Shown piece after piece: positions 26,918-41,700 of a stretch of DNA of 51,200 nt. The stretch lies in IMG/VR virus record IMGVR_UViG_3300042363_000209. One strand, given 5' to 3'. Position 1 is the first letter of the stretch. The number at the start of each line of letters is the position of its first letter. The position numbers and the translations under genes were made by a program. Below the pieces are notes generated by a model that was given only the letters and a program-made list of their open reading frames with translations, did not search any database and was not told where the DNA came from. The stretch comes from a virus. Taxonomy: Duplodnaviria; Heunggongvirae; Uroviricota; Caudoviricetes.

Positions 26918-29791
26918 ATGGCTTCATTTACAGACCAGATATCATCCTTTAATCCCTACATTGCCCAGCTTCCAGTTGAGGCAATGGTTCAAGTTGGCAT
27001 GCAAAAGCAGGCTCAATATGACGCAGGTGTGCAAAAAATCCAAGCCTATGTGGATGAGATAGGTGGACTACCTGTAGCTACAGATGCTGATAGAAAGTAT
27101 TTACAGTCTTCTCTTAATCAATTAGGAAACAACTTAAAGTATGTTGCTGCTGGGGATTTCTCTAACCAGCAATTAGTTAATTCTGTTGGTGGAATGGCTA
27201 CTAAAATAGTTAAAGATCCAGTTGTTAGAAATGCTGTTTCTTCTGCTAATTGGTATAGAGAGCAAAATGAGAAAATGCAAAAGGCTATTGATGAAGGTAA
27301 ATCTAATCCTGCTAACGTAGACTTATTTAATTCTGAAGTACAAAAGTGGTTAACTTCTGGTAAAGCTGGATATAAGTTTAATTCTAGCTACACTCCATTC
27401 TTTGATGTAGATAAATACGCAAAAGAAACATTTGATGCTATCAAGCCAGGTGGATATACATTTGATGAATTATATCAAACTAATGCAGATGGTTCGTATG
27501 CAAGAGACAAGCAAGGTAATTACATTGCTTCTCCAGTGATGATGAGAATGAAAAAGGAAGGTAGACTTCCTCAAGAAGTAGAAGGAGCTATTAACCAAAT
27601 CATGGCTGACCCTAGAGTGGGACAACAGTTACAAATTAGTGGTAGATATAATTATAAAAGTTATACTCCTAAAGCATTAGTTGATATGCTTTATGATCAA
27701 AGAGATGCTACACTTGGAGGATATTTAGATAAACTAGCTGACTTAAATCTAGATAAAAAACTAGGTAAAAATGTACAAACAGAAATAGATGCTGTTAAAG
27801 GTAATGTTGACACAATTACATCTAGTTATGATAAATTAGCTCAACAAGCTATTGATAGTCCAGATGCCCTAAAAGGATATTTATATAAGCAAGGAGTTGT
27901 AAGTAATTACAAATCTATATATGGATCTGTTAGAAGTAGTGTAGAAGCTCATGAGAATCCTTTATGGAATTCTAATTTTAAAATGATGCAAGAAGCAAAT
28001 GAGCAATCTAGATTTGCTCAGAGGTTACAATGGGATATAAACAATGCTAGAGAGACTAGAGCATTTACAGCAAATGAAAATAAACTTAACCGTGAGAATG
28101 CAAAACAGATTGCAATGATGGGTAAAGGGAAAGGTTTGTCTAATAATATGTTTCCAGGCTTTAATATGGGTGGTGATGGTAATGGACCTACACGTGATGA
28201 GAATCCATCAGATGTTGATATAATAGCAGAAGCTGAAAAACAAAAAGCTGAAGTGGGAGCAAAGTTTTTAAACTCTTCTTATGAATTTGTTTGGGATAGT
28301 ATGTTTAGTGGAGACCCTGCAAACGATGCTGTTCTTACAGCTGATATGAAGAAAAAGGGAGGATCTGGTTTTACTAGATTAGAATCTATTCAAAGAATCT
28401 TAGCGGCTAATGCAAAAAAAGCTAAGTTACCTCTTGAAGATTATATAACTCAAATAGGAGGAAGTGCTGTTCAAAGAGTTACTAAAAATTTATCTACTGC
28501 TTCTCCAACTTTAATAAACCGTCTTAATTCATATAAAGAAGCACAGAAAGAATATAGTGGTCTTTTAGATGAAGAGAAAACAATAAACATAAAAGCTTCA
28601 AATGAAGCTGGTGGAGTAGATTTAGGTAATTTACTTAAAGATGCTGATATTAAAAATGTTGATGTTAATTATAATGGTAAAAAATATACATTAGATAAAC
28701 AAGATTTTAATGATGCTGCTATTTATTTAGCTGGTCATAAATCAGTAGTTGGAGATTATACTTCAGATGCAGAAGTCAATGCTGCTAAAGCTGCAGAAGC
28801 AAGATTAGCTAGTAGAGGTAAAGCCTTTATTTTACCTACAGTTCTTGATAGATATGGAACTGGTACAACTAAAACTTTAGATGTACCAACTGCTATAGTT
28901 AGAGAGTTTAAAGATCTTACTAATAATATTTACAGCTTTCTTGGTGGTGGAGATACATATTTAAGGAATGATCAAGGATATGGTCTTGGTGTTTCAAAGA
29001 TGGCACCTGGTTTTGCAGATGCTACTAGTTTAGCATTTAAAGGTTCATTAGATAAGGCATATAATTTAATTAATAATGAGAAGGTTACAAAAGCACTTGC
29101 TAAAAAAGCAGAGCTTTTAAAAGAAAGTACTTACTTTAAACCTGCTATGAAACTAGATATTCTTATAGGGGATGCTGAAACAGATAGAAAAACATATCTT
29201 GATTTAAAAACAATGGCTGGTAGCTATATTGAAAGCGGTAAAAACTATGCAGACAAAAGTGAAGTTAAAAACTTTGCTACAGCAATTAGTCAAAAAGATC
29301 CAGATGTTGTACAAGCAAAAACATTTAGAGATCCTAATAATGGTAACATTCTTACACAACTTGTATCATATAATACTAATGGGGAGGTATCAGGAAGAAT
29401 GGTGATATCAGACGAAGAAGCTAATAATAGAGGAATCAATATGGCTTCATTGTATGAATCAAATTCTATTGCTGCTATTAGAAGAAAGGTTTCATTAAAT
29501 GCAAATCAAAGAACTTCTACATTAGATCCTAATGATGTAAATACATATTATAATAATGATTCGTATTTTGACAAATCTGATTTTCCAAGAATGATGAAAA
29601 CCCCTCAAGGAATAGACATTAAAGCTAACTTTAAATTTCAAAATGGTTTATGGTTTCCTATTGTTTATGCAAAAGATATAAACGGTAGGTCTTCTGTACA
29701 AGAACTAGAGGGTGAGGTGGATTTAAATATAGCAGTACAAAGATTAAAAAGCTTGGGCCCTGAAGCAATTCCATTAATTGTAAACAAATAA
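26918..29791 (+). CDS. Virion cargo protein adjacent to RNAP (crAss-like)
   Basis: 957 aa; N-terminus MASFTD...FNPYIAQLPVEAMVQVGMQKQAQYD recalled from crAss-like genes upstream of the virion RNAP. Confidence 0.55.
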   Translation: MASFTDQISSFNPYIAQLPVEAMVQVGMQKQAQYDAGVQKIQAYVDEIGGLPVATDADRKYLQSSLNQLGNNLKYVAAGDFSNQQLVNSVGGMATKIVKDPVVRNAVSSANWYREQNEKMQKAIDEGKSNPANVDLFNSEVQKWLTSGKAGYKFNSSYTPFFDVDKYAKETFDAIKPGGYTFDELYQTNADGSYARDKQGNYIASPVMMRMKKEGRLPQEVEGAINQIMADPRVGQQLQISGRYNYKSYTPKALVDMLYDQRDATLGGYLDKLADLNLDKKLGKNVQTEIDAVKGNVDTITSSYDKLAQQAIDSPDALKGYLYKQGVVSNYKSIYGSVRSSVEAHENPLWNSNFKMMQEANEQSRFAQRLQWDINNARETRAFTANENKLNRENAKQIAMMGKGKGLSNNMFPGFNMGGDGNGPTRDENPSDVDIIAEAEKQKAEVGAKFLNSSYEFVWDSMFSGDPANDAVLTADMKKKGGSGFTRLESIQRILAANAKKAKLPLEDYITQIGGSAVQRVTKNLSTASPTLINRLNSYKEAQKEYSGLLDEEKTINIKASNEAGGVDLGNLLKDADIKNVDVNYNGKKYTLDKQDFNDAAIYLAGHKSVVGDYTSDAEVNAAKAAEARLASRGKAFILPTVLDRYGTGTTKTLDVPTAIVREFKDLTNNIYSFLGGGDTYLRNDQGYGLGVSKMAPGFADATSLAFKGSLDKAYNLINNEKVTKALAKKAELLKESTYFKPAMKLDILIGDAETDRKTYLDLKTMAGSYIESGKNYADKSEVKNFATAISQKDPDVVQAKTFRDPNNGNILTQLVSYNTNGEVSGRMVISDEEANNRGINMASLYESNSIAAIRRKVSLNANQRTSTLDPNDVNTYYNNDSYFDKSDFPRMMKTPQGIDIKANFKFQNGLWFPIVYAKDINGRSSVQELEGEVDLNIAVQRLKSLGPEAIPLIVNK

Positions 29792-29793
29792 AG

Positions 29794-32700
29794 ATGCCAG
29801 ATAACGTAAATAAATCACTTACGGAACAATCACTTGATAGAGATAGACCACTTAATCTAGGCGGAGTTATTCAAGGTTTTCCAACAACTCCTATTGTAGA
29901 AGGTAACTTTCAAATGGCACCTCAACAAGGAACAGGTGGTAAAATAACTCTTCAAGATTTATGGAATAATACACCTGTAAGTTTTCCTGGTGGAAGAGTT
30001 CCTGTTGCTCAATTACCTTATTCTTCTATTTATATAGGAGATAGATATAAGAGTAGTAGACCTTATGAGGATTCAGAAGAATTATACGCACGTGGTCAAT
30101 CTACTGCTAGCAAGTTTGCTAACGGTATTATGAAGATGGTAGGTACTGGTAGTACAGCATTTTTATCTGGTACTGCAGGATTAGTATATGGTGCTGGTGA
30201 TGCAATATTTAATACGCATAAGTTTTCTTCTGTGTGGAATAACCAACTGAATCAAGGTCTTGATGAAGTTAATAAAAAGCTAGAGGATGCTCTACCTAAC
30301 TATTATACACATGTTGAACAAGATTCTGAATGGTGGCAATCTTCTAACCTATTAACAGCTAACTTTTTCTCAGATAAACTTATAAAAAACTTTGGTTATA
30401 GCTTAGGAGCTTTAGCTGGTGGTATGGCTTGGTCTAAAGTATTAAGCGGTATTGGTGCAATAAATGGTGTGGTTAAAGCAGGTAAAGGTTTAGAAGCTGT
30501 TCAAGCTGTTGAGTCTGCTATGTCTCAAGTTCCTAAATTACAAAAACTTGGAGCATTTGAAAATGCATTAAGTTCACTAGCACAAAAGTATGTTAAAAGT
30601 CCTATTGCATCAGTTATAAATAATGGTGAAAGAGTTACTACAGCATTCATGGGAACCATGGGTGAGGCTAGTATGGAGGCTTTGCAAAATGCAAACTCAT
30701 TTAGAAAAAATGCAATTGATGATTATATAAAACAAAATGGATATGGTCCTTCAGGTGCAGATCTTGAAAAGATAGAAGAGTTCACTGAAAGAGTAGGTAA
30801 CTTCTCTTGGGGTATGAACGTAGCTTTATTGACTGGTACTAACTATATTCAACTTCCTAAAATTCTTGGTTCTTCTAGAAAAGCAGATAAGTTGCTAATC
30901 AATGAGATAACTAAAGATGCTGAAACAGGATTATTTTCTGCGTACAAGCCTACTACAAAAGTAGGTAGAATTTTATCTGGAACTAAAGGTGTAGCTGGTT
31001 TATTGTTTTCTCCTTCAGAAGCATTTGAAGAAGGATCTCAATTTGCTATTCAAACAGGTACACAAGACTTCTTTAACAGAGCGTACAGAGATCCTAAAAG
31101 TACAAGTGATTTTATGTCTGACCTTACTGGGGCATTAGGTAATATAAGTACATATGGTATAGAGCAAGCATTTAATACTAAAGAAGGTATTGAAAATATG
31201 TTAATTGGTGGCTTGTCTGGAGGATTACAACAAGCTGGTTTTGTTGGTACATATAAAGATAAAGAGGGTAAGACAAAATTTGGTATTGGTAAGTCTGGAG
31301 AGATTGGTGAAAGAGGTGTGTTTGGAACTGGTGGAGAAAGAGCAGCTAACACTGATATTGCTGTAAGAGCTCTTAATCAAACAAAGTTATCAGATATATT
31401 AAAAGATAGAATTAAATATGTAGGTATTGCACTTAACTCTCAAAAGTTAAGACAAGAAGCAATTCGTGCAAATGATACATTAGCAGAGAAAGACTTTGAG
31501 CATGACTTTGTATTATCATATGTTATGCCTAGAACTAAGTACGGTAGAGAGGCATCTGTTCAACAAGAGCTTTCTCTTTATCAATCTCAAGCAACTACAA
31601 CTGAAGGATATAATGAATTAATTACATCTGGTATTGCTAATGGTAATGAGAGCAAAGAGCAATTTATAAATAGAATTGAAAACTTAAAAAAGATTTCTAA
31701 GTCAGTTAGTAATTTATATGAAAGTTTAAATGATAGATATGAAAATGCTGTAGATGAACAGGGTAAGAAGAAATACTCTGACTATGCTATTGATAAGATG
31801 GTATATGCTGCTGCTAAAATAAATAACTACGATGAGCGTATTCCATTAGTGAATGCTAAATTAGTTCAGAATGGTATTAATACATTAGCTGTATTACAAA
31901 GCATGATTGGTGAACAAGCTCCTAATGCAGAAGCAACAAAGAATGCATTAGATCAAATCAACAATTTAAAAAGTCCTGAAGGATTAGATGTCCCTAAAGA
32001 ACTTAAAGATACATTGAAAGGTGACTTGATTGATGTAATGGAACTTGCTGAAAGAAGAAGAAAGTTCATTAATGAATATGATGCAATTAAAGAATCTCCA
32101 GATGATTACGAAGATCTTATTGATGAAGAGGAAGATGATAACGTTGCATTAATTAAACAATTAGAAAAGAATCAAGGAGATAAGAGAGCTAGGACTATAA
32201 GTAAAGAAGTGGAAGTGGGTAAAGAATACTCACTAATAGATCCATTTAGAAGAGAAGGTTCTCAATTACAGCTTGCTCCTAAGATGACTGTGCTATCTAA
32301 AACATTAGGTGGTGAGTATGAGGTGAAGCTTCCTAACGGAGAAACTACATTCTTAACTCCTAATGAGTTTAAGGATTATAAAGTTACTGATTCAGACAAT
32401 ACAGATCAAGGATATGCTGACATCTTAGATACAGCAATTGATAAAGTGCTTAGCAAAGCTAAGTATAATGGCATCACTATACCTGAAGGAGAAGATAAAA
32501 TAGCTTACATTAACTCATTGAACAACAGTGATTTAGCTAGAGATATTCAAAAAGAATTCAATACTCAGTCTGAAGCTTATACAAAAATTAAGGCTGAAGA
32601 GAATGCTGCATTAGAAGATGAAAATCTTGCTGATGAGTTAATTGAAATCACTAATCCAGATAATACAGAAGAGATTGCAGATAATGAAAATGAAGCTGGA

Positions 32701-35700
32701 GATGATTCAAGAAAACCAGACAGAGTTGTTATTAGTGGAAGTATTGCATCTAAGAAGATTCCTGGATATCAACGTTCAGTAGAGTTTGCTAATAAGTTCT
32801 ATAACATTCCTGAGAATGTTAGAAAGAACTTGTATGCTGTATTTGTTACAGCTAAGAACCAAGCTAAGCTTATTCCTGGATTAGTAGAATATTTAGCTGG
32901 AGAAAATGCTGCAGATGCTACTAAAATAGCTGATGTAGAAAAAAGAAGAGAGTATTCTTTTTCTGAAGAGCTTGGTGTAAAGAAAAAAGAAGATGGAAAA
33001 ATTGCAGGTTTATATGTTCCTAATCAAGGAGAACCAGAAAGAATTGTAGGAAGTTCTATTGAAGATGTTACAAAAAAAATTAATGCTAAATATAATGCAG
33101 AACTAGCTAAGTTAGGTAAATCAAAAGTAGATATTAATACTACCATAGCTGCTGTTATTGTTGAGAAGCAACCAGATGGTACATCAAGATTAGTTGGTGC
33201 AGATGGTAAGATTCTTGAAGCAGGACAAAACCCATTAGAGAATGCTATATTCCAAGTAATGCCTTTAGAGGGATTGAAATGGAGTGGAGAGTTCAATGAT
33301 GAGACAATGTTCAGAGATGATACTAATAAAGAACAATATAAAGCCATTTATGCTAAGAGAAGAGAAAAGATACTAGCTAACGAAGATCTTGTACAAAGAG
33401 GCTTTGATGTTTCTTTTGGTATTGTTCAAGATAAGATTGATAATACAACACCTGTAAAAGCTGCTGGATTTGTTACTGATTCACAACTTGAAGATGGGGC
33501 GGTATTAACTATTCCTACTACAGGAGTGGATGTATTAGCTAAAGGTACAACCAGTTTTAATAAACCACAAGGTATGGTGTTCTTAGACCAACCTAATGGT
33601 TATGTTAGATTATACACATCTAAGCTTACAAACAAGCAAGCTAATGCTATTTACGATGTTCTATTAAGTTTGTCACAAAGCATGATGAAGAACAAAGGAA
33701 TTACAGATGAAGCTGAATCAATGATTAACTGGTTAAGAACCACATTACAATGGGGTAGTCCTAAAGAAGGAAAGCAACCAGGTAAGAATAGTGTTTGGTT
33801 TGCTAAAGATGCTGAAAGAAAAACAGATAGACTTAGATTGAATTTTGGTGCAGCTAAGATAGATATGTCATTTAAACCATCTGTATTAAAGCAACAAAAA
33901 GATTCTATCATTGAAGAGTTGTTGAAACTTAATCATAACGTTAACAAGAAACAAACTGAAGATGTTAATGAAACATACACTGAAATCACTGGTGTTTCTA
34001 CTGATGGTAAGTTAGAAACTAAAGAGTGGCAGAACTATCAAACATATTTATTATCTAGCGAAGGTAGAAGTGAGGAAGATATTCCTTTAACTACTAAAGC
34101 TGATGCTATTGCTGATTCTGAAAATGGTATCAATAGAGATGGTAACTACTTCATTATGAAGGACTTTGAAGATGATGAAGAGTTTGCTCCAACTCCTAAG
34201 AAGACTGTTAAGAAGACTGCAGCCCCTGCAGCTCGTAAAAGTGGATTAGATACATTTGGTTTTAAAATAGCATCTACAGGTGATGTAGAGAATGTTGATT
34301 ATAGAATTAATACTGATCAATCAGTAACAATCACTGACTCTGAATCTAATAACACCGTATTTGAAAAATTAGCTAATGATGAATTAACTCTTGAGAAGTT
34401 CAAAGCTAAGTATGATGAGTTATATGAAGAAGGTAAATTTGCTGTAACGTCTGATGAATTAGAAAATGTAGATATTGTTAAGCAAGTTGCTCAAGAAAGA
34501 ATTGAGGATAGTTTGGCACAGAAGGCTGCAATAGAAGAACAGGAAGCTAAACAACAAAGAGCATTAGCTATGTTACAAGCTATGGATGCTGATCGTGGGT
34601 TAGGTGAGGAGGAAGAAGCTCCTGAAGAAGAAGTTGTTCCTGAAGTTGCAGATAAATCTGCAGCTAGAGCATTAAGAAATAAAATGCTTAGAGGTAACAA
34701 GAACTATGATGCTCGTGTAAGACTTAATGAGTTAATTAAAAACTTCAAAGGAGAAGATTGGGCTAAGGTAGAAGAATGGTTAAATACTAATCTTCCTGGT
34801 CTTCCTGTAACTAGAGTTAAAACTATTCTTAGAAATACTAATGGTAAACAATTCTGGGGAGCTTACAAAGATGGTGCCATCTATGTATATAACAATGCTG
34901 AATCTGGTACTGTGTACCATGAGGTGTTCCATGCTGTGTTTGAAATGATGACCTCTCCTAAAGAAAGAGCAACATTACGTGATGAGTTTAGACGTAGAAA
35001 AGGTAGTTTTGTTGATAGACCTACAGGTGAAACTATTAAGTATTCAGAAGCTACAGATGATCAAATCAAAGAACAATTACCAGAAGAATTCAAAGAGTAT
35101 ATTGAAGATGGTACTGTTCCTCCAAAACCTACTGAAGGTAGATCAGGTATCTTGGGAGTATTCCAAGACTTGATTGATATAATAAAAAAGTTCTTTAGTA
35201 GAAAAGATGTTAATTTTTACACAGAAGAATTATTTAAAAAGATAAACACTGGTGGATTTAGAACATTTAGTCCTAATGCTAATACATTAAGTTTAGCAAC
35301 TAAAGGTATAACAGATATTGATGAGCTTGTTCTAACTGGGGAATATGATCCTAGTTTAGTTACTGCTGGATTAACTCCAGATGTAATTAATGACATCATG
35401 CAAGAAATGACTTACGGTACACTTGGTACATTAAGTGCAGAAGGTAAAGACTTATTTGAGATTGAGAATCTTGATAAAAAAGATTTATTCCAAAAGCTTA
35501 AAGCAAATCTTGATAAGATAATATACGATGACTTAGTTGAAATGGCTAACGCTAGTGTAGAAGATGGTACATACACACAAGATGATGTAGATCCTATTCT
35601 TGCTGATGCTAAGGCATTAAGAGACATTATTACTAATAAGTGGGATGTTATCACTAAGAAATTTGAAGAAGAATACCTAAGTTCTTACTCAGTTAAGTTT

Positions 35701-38700
35701 GATCAAAATGATGAGGATGAAATTAGGAACGAAGAGAAAACTGGTAAAGAAGGCACTTATTCAAGTCCTGATAAAGTAGATTCATTTAGAAAGGCTAGTG
35801 CAGCTGTTAAGTTATTCTTAGCAACTGTACCTGTTAAAAATCCAGATGGAAGTAACAGAGCATCATCTATTGGTGGTGTAAACTTAGTTCCAATGGGTAA
35901 GGTGTATATTGATATTCTTAACAATGTTAGTGGAGCTGTAGGTATTGATGATATGTTAGAGAAGTTCCGTTTGTTCACTCAAGACAATCCTCAATATAAG
36001 ATATTGTATTCAAGACTTACTAATAAGTTAGATAACAATCTTAAGCTAAACCCTTTCCAAAATATTAAGACTGATGGTCAATTAAGAATGATTGACGCAT
36101 TCTTTAAAACATTTAACTTACAAAAGCCAGATGTAAAAACTACATACATCTTAGCTAATGGTGAGGTGAGCGTAGGTGATACATCTTTAGCTAGTGTTGC
36201 AGATCAAGTGGCTTCTCAGATAGAAGATAACATCATTGATGCTATTAAAGATGGTAAGTTTTTTGGGTTTAACGGTAAATCTTTTGTGCAAAAGCGTAAA
36301 GATTTAATGAATGTACCTACAGGTAGATTAGAAGATAACATTGATTTCATGGCAGATCTTGGTGTTATATTTGATGCAGATGAAATAAAGAAAAGAAACC
36401 TTGATGCTAGATTTATTGTAATCACTACAGGTATCAGAGATAGTTTATTAGAGGTGACTGCCACTAAAGAATTGAACGGTAAGACTTTAGGGATTAACGG
36501 TAGACTTAGAGAGTTAGGAGAAATTCAAGCAATGATTGAAAACCCTGACTTCCAAACAACATATTTTAATATTGATGGTGACCAAGTACAATCTTACATT
36601 GGTCAAAACTTGATGAGTGATTTCTACAATGTTATCAATAGTGTTACTAATAAAGAACAATTAAGAAGCACTAAGTTTAGCTATTTACTAACTGATAAGT
36701 TCTCAGGATTTTCTGTATTAATGGATAGAATCTTTAATAGTAAAACAGGAGATAAAAAACAAGGAGCTAATAAGTTATTGAAGGTAGGATATACAGGTGG
36801 AGTTATTAACGAGATGACTGGTAAAGATAGAGCATCTGGAAGTTTATTGTATAGTGAGCGTTTAGTTGAAGAACTTAACCTTAACTTAAAAGGATTCTAC
36901 ATGAACCTTGTTCCTGGAGATTCTTCTTTAGGATGGACACTTGCTTTAGGTAATTCTATTTCTTATGCTGAAGTTTTAAAAGGTAACAGCAAAATTCAAT
37001 CAATATTTAAAGGATATTTAGATGCTGAAATTGCTGTATCTAGAGAAAAGCGTAAAGGTCTTCCTGATGTTAAAGGTAGAAAATCTACAGACTTACGTTT
37101 CTTTAAAGGTATATTAGGACAAGATCTTCATGATAAAGTGGTTAAGCTTATTCAAGATAACAAGAATCTTACTATTGATGAAGTGTATGACTACTTCACA
37201 AATGAAGATACTAATGTTAATTCTATTGAAGTTGCAATTGATAAGTATATTGAAACTGATATCAATGCTAGAATTAAGAATTATACAACTCAGGGATTAA
37301 TCTCAGAGAGACAAAAGGGTGTATACTTCATTAAGAACATTGAGTTTAAGAATAAAACTAATTTAAACTTAGATCAATTAAAAAATAACATTAAGATGTT
37401 AAGTGTTAACTATATGATTAATAACATAGAGTTACACAAATTAATCTACTCAGATCCATACTTATATGAAGATGAGTTGAAGCGTCTTAAAAACTTTAGT
37501 TCTCCAGCTCAAGACTTAATCAGTGGATCTAAAGATTACAACAACGCTCAGAACAAAATTTCTAACGAGGATTACATGAAAGGTGACATTGGTTACACTG
37601 ATGAAACTAAAGACTCATTGTCTTCTGTAGTGTTTGATGACGTAGATGTTGTTGAAGGTCTTCCAGGTTACAAAGGTCACGTTGAGACTGATGGTGGTGG
37701 TATCATTATGATGAAAGCTAACCGTAGAGTGAGGAAGCGTGCTGGTAACTGGAATAAGTATGAAGAGAAACAATATAGATATGATGTTGCTTGGGAGAAG
37801 AGAGATAAAGGTTTAGACCTATCTGATAAGGAAGAAGCTTTATTAGAAGGTGATAATCCTAAAGTGGCTAGTGCTTACACTCCACTTAAACCTATTGCTA
37901 GAGGTAGAAAAGCTAACAACAAGAAGTATAACGACATCATGTTGGATAAGTTTGCCTTGTACGTATACTCTTATAGAATCTTAAAACAAATCAACCCTAC
38001 ATCTAATGCACTTAAAATGTATGATAAGATGCAGAAGGGTAATGTAGACTATGGTGTATTCAGATCTGGTAGAAAGGTTGGTGCTGAAAAGACTATTGCT
38101 TTGTACAATGCAAATGGTACATTTAACTCAACTCCAGTTGCTAAGAATGAAATCACAGAAGTTCCATTTGGCATATTAGCTATTCAATCAGACGTTCCTT
38201 CTAAGGATGATGAGAAGGTTAGAAGAGGTACACAGGTTACTAAATTGGTTACATTAGACTTCTTAGATGCTGGTCTTCCATCTGACTTCATGCCAGATGA
38301 CACTCTTGAAGAGCGTGTTGCTGCATGGAAAGAAATGACTGAGGAGCAAAAGATGAAGAACCCTACATACAGAATGGTGCGTCATAATGATAACTTAGTT
38401 AAGCAAATTACAGATAATAAGTATCAATCTTTATTAAAACAAATTGGTTACAAGGATGGTAAGTTAAATTTACAAAGTCTAGGTAAGTATCTACGTAAGC
38501 AAGTTATTAAAGGTAATACTAACGAGAATATATTAAAAGCTGTTGATAGCTTAATAGCTGGTAATCAAGACATTGAAGCAACTCCAGCATATCAACAAAT
38601 CGTAAATACATTATACTCTATTGCACAGAACACTTTTGCAGCTCCTAAGATGACAGGTGGTATGAAGGTGCAAATCAGCTCAGCAATGTTAGAATCAGTT

Positions 38701-41700
38701 AGAGCTGAGGTTAAAGAGATTAATGGTAAGAAAACATATGCATCTAGTGTATTAAAGTTCTATAGAAATGCAGAGGGAGAGCGTGTGTGTGAGGTGATGG
38801 TACGTAAATGGTTTAAGACTGACATGTCTGATGAGGAATTGTTGAAATATTTAAACACTACAGATGAGGGTAAGAAGCTTTTATCTGGTGTAGGTTTCCG
38901 TATCCCAACTCAGAAACAAAACTCTATTGATAGATTTGTAGTGGCTAAGTTCCTTCCACAGGAGTTTGGTGACTCTATCGTAGTACCTTCAGCATTAGTT
39001 GAGAAGGCTGGATCTGACTTTGATATAGATAAGCTATCCATCTACTTAAAGAATGTATATATTGATAAAGATGGTATGCCTAGGTATATCCCTTATTTTG
39101 GTGAGAATGAAGCTGAAGCTAAAAGAGCTATTAGTAAGTTCTTGATTGCCAATAAGTTATCTAAAATAGGCACTGTTGAAGTTGGTGAAGATGTTGATGA
39201 AGATGAAGAGTTTTATGGTTCTGATGTAGATAAGTTCTACACTAAGTCTATTGAGAATGAATACATTGCTTCAATGGAAGATTTAATCTCTAGTGAGCAA
39301 AACTTTGCTAGATTGATTAAACCTAACTCAGCAAAATTGTTAAAAGACTTATCTAAGAAGATTGTAATTAAGAAGTTTGGTAAGGAGTTTGATTACACTA
39401 ATACATCTAACTTACTAAACCAAACATTCATGTCTACAATTAGAGATGCGTTTGTACGTGGTAAGTATGCAATTGGTATTGCTGCACAAGCACAAACTAA
39501 CCATGCTCTTAACCAACGTGATGTTGTTATTGTAGATCATAGAAAATATGTTGTTCCTGAAGATGCTTCTTGGTTAGGTGATAAGAAAGTTAAATTTAGT
39601 AAGTATAATAAGTTTAAAATTGGTAATGATGTATTCCCATTATTATCTAGAGTGAAAGATGCAAACAATGAGCATGACATCTCTGACATCATTGGTATGT
39701 TTATTGATGGTTATGTGGATATTGCAAAAGGTCCTTGGATTATGGAGTTGGGTGCTAACCCTACAGTTGCTCCTACTTGGTTATTCCTAGTTAAGATAGG
39801 TGTACCTATTGAAGAAGTGGCTAACTTTATGAACCAACCTATCATCAATGACTACTTAAAAGAGTTACAAAATTTAGGTTCTGCGTTCTTGTTCTCAAGA
39901 GAAGCAATTAATAAGGTGAGAATTAATGCTAAATATAGAGTGGGTGATTCTGGTTATACAATTAAAGATGGTATAATTCCTTCTGGTAAAGAATTATCTG
40001 CACTAGTTGGGAAGACTGCACTTAATGATAAAGAAAAGTTACAACAAGCATTCATGTTAAATGAATTCTTGAAATACTCTAAGATGGCGGAACATTTATT
40101 TAGAGTGACACAAGCTACTAAGTTTGACACTGCTAATATAAACAACCCATACACTATATATAGAATGGATGATGCTATCATAACAAACTCACCTAGTGAA
40201 TATAGCACTAACTTAATTGGTTCAGCTACAGGAAACATATTAGAAAATTCTTTCATTGGAGATTTACGCAATAAGTATAGTGGTATTAAAGACGTATATG
40301 CTCAAGCTATTGTATCTGAAAAGAAAGAAAATGCACAAGCTATACAAGAGTTATTGTTTAATAGATACAAGAGGTTAGGAGATAGAAAGTTCTCTAAGCT
40401 TGCTAGAAGAATTGTTAATAACATATTTGATTTCTCTGTTCAAACATTAGATGAATACAATATGGCTATTGGTGATTCATTAGTAAATGTAAATAATACA
40501 GCTAAACAAATTGCTGAATTTGTTAAACAAGTTAGAGATAATGAAAACCATGACTTACATAACAACTTGATTATCAACTCTTTCCAATATCAACCATCTC
40601 AACTTGAAGGTGGAGCTGATTCAATTAAGCTTACAGGTAAAGACAATAAGACTTATGATCAAAACCAAATCATATATGCATTTGCTCAATTAAAAGATTA
40701 TTTAAAAGCAAATAATAATTATGACTTGTACAAAGGGTTGATTACATTATCTATTGTACAATCAGGATTGAATAACTCAGCTATATCTTTCACAGGGTTC
40801 ATTCCTTATGAAGATTTTAGAGAGAGATATTCTGAACCAATGTCAAGATTAAACACTACAACTATTGGAAAGTTTGCAGAAGTTGATGCGTTTGAAAGAA
40901 ACAACTGGAACAATCCTGATGTGGTTAGTTTCAAGAGACCTAAGATGGTGTATAACGAAGATGGGTTTGCATTCAGTGACCTAAAAGGTACAATCACTAT
41001 ACAACATGAAGAGCTACAAGCTGCTATGGAAAGAGGTGAGTTTCCTCAAATGCTTAACATTCCTGTAAAAGATAGAGCAGCAAGAAAAGACTTTCTTGTT
41101 TACACTTGGGAAGTTGGTACAGCAGAAGAGAAACAAAAGTTAAAGGAGGCAGGAGATTTCTCTTATATTAAGAAAGGATTGTTCAAAAAGGTTTATGATG
41201 AGCAAGCTAGTCCTAGTGTTCCTTTAAGATATGGTAAGGCTAAGAACTTTATATATAAACAAATCAATGCTTGGGGTGATGGTCAAAGAGCTAATGAGTT
41301 CTATGATCATGCTAGAGTGTCTCAAATTAACAACGGATTTGATCCAGTGGAGTTTGAGAAGGCTGATTACGAGATTGCAGGATATATCAATGAAGACAAA
41401 ATCCAAAAGGAGATTAGACAAGGTTATCAAACTGACCCTACAGAGGAAGAGTTACAAGCTAACTTTGAAAATAGTTTAATGGAAGATGAAGATAACTTTA
41501 CATATGAAGAGGAAATTCCAGAAGAAATTGTACCTTCGCAAGGAGTTCAAACGTCTGACATGACTCCACAAGCTATCTACAAATTAGTAAATAGAATGGA
41601 TGATGCTACAGATGCAACTGGATTAGCTCTTAGATATATTGCTGGTGGTGGTAAGATTGGAGAAGAATCTTTATATAAAGAAGTTACTGCTAAACGTGAT

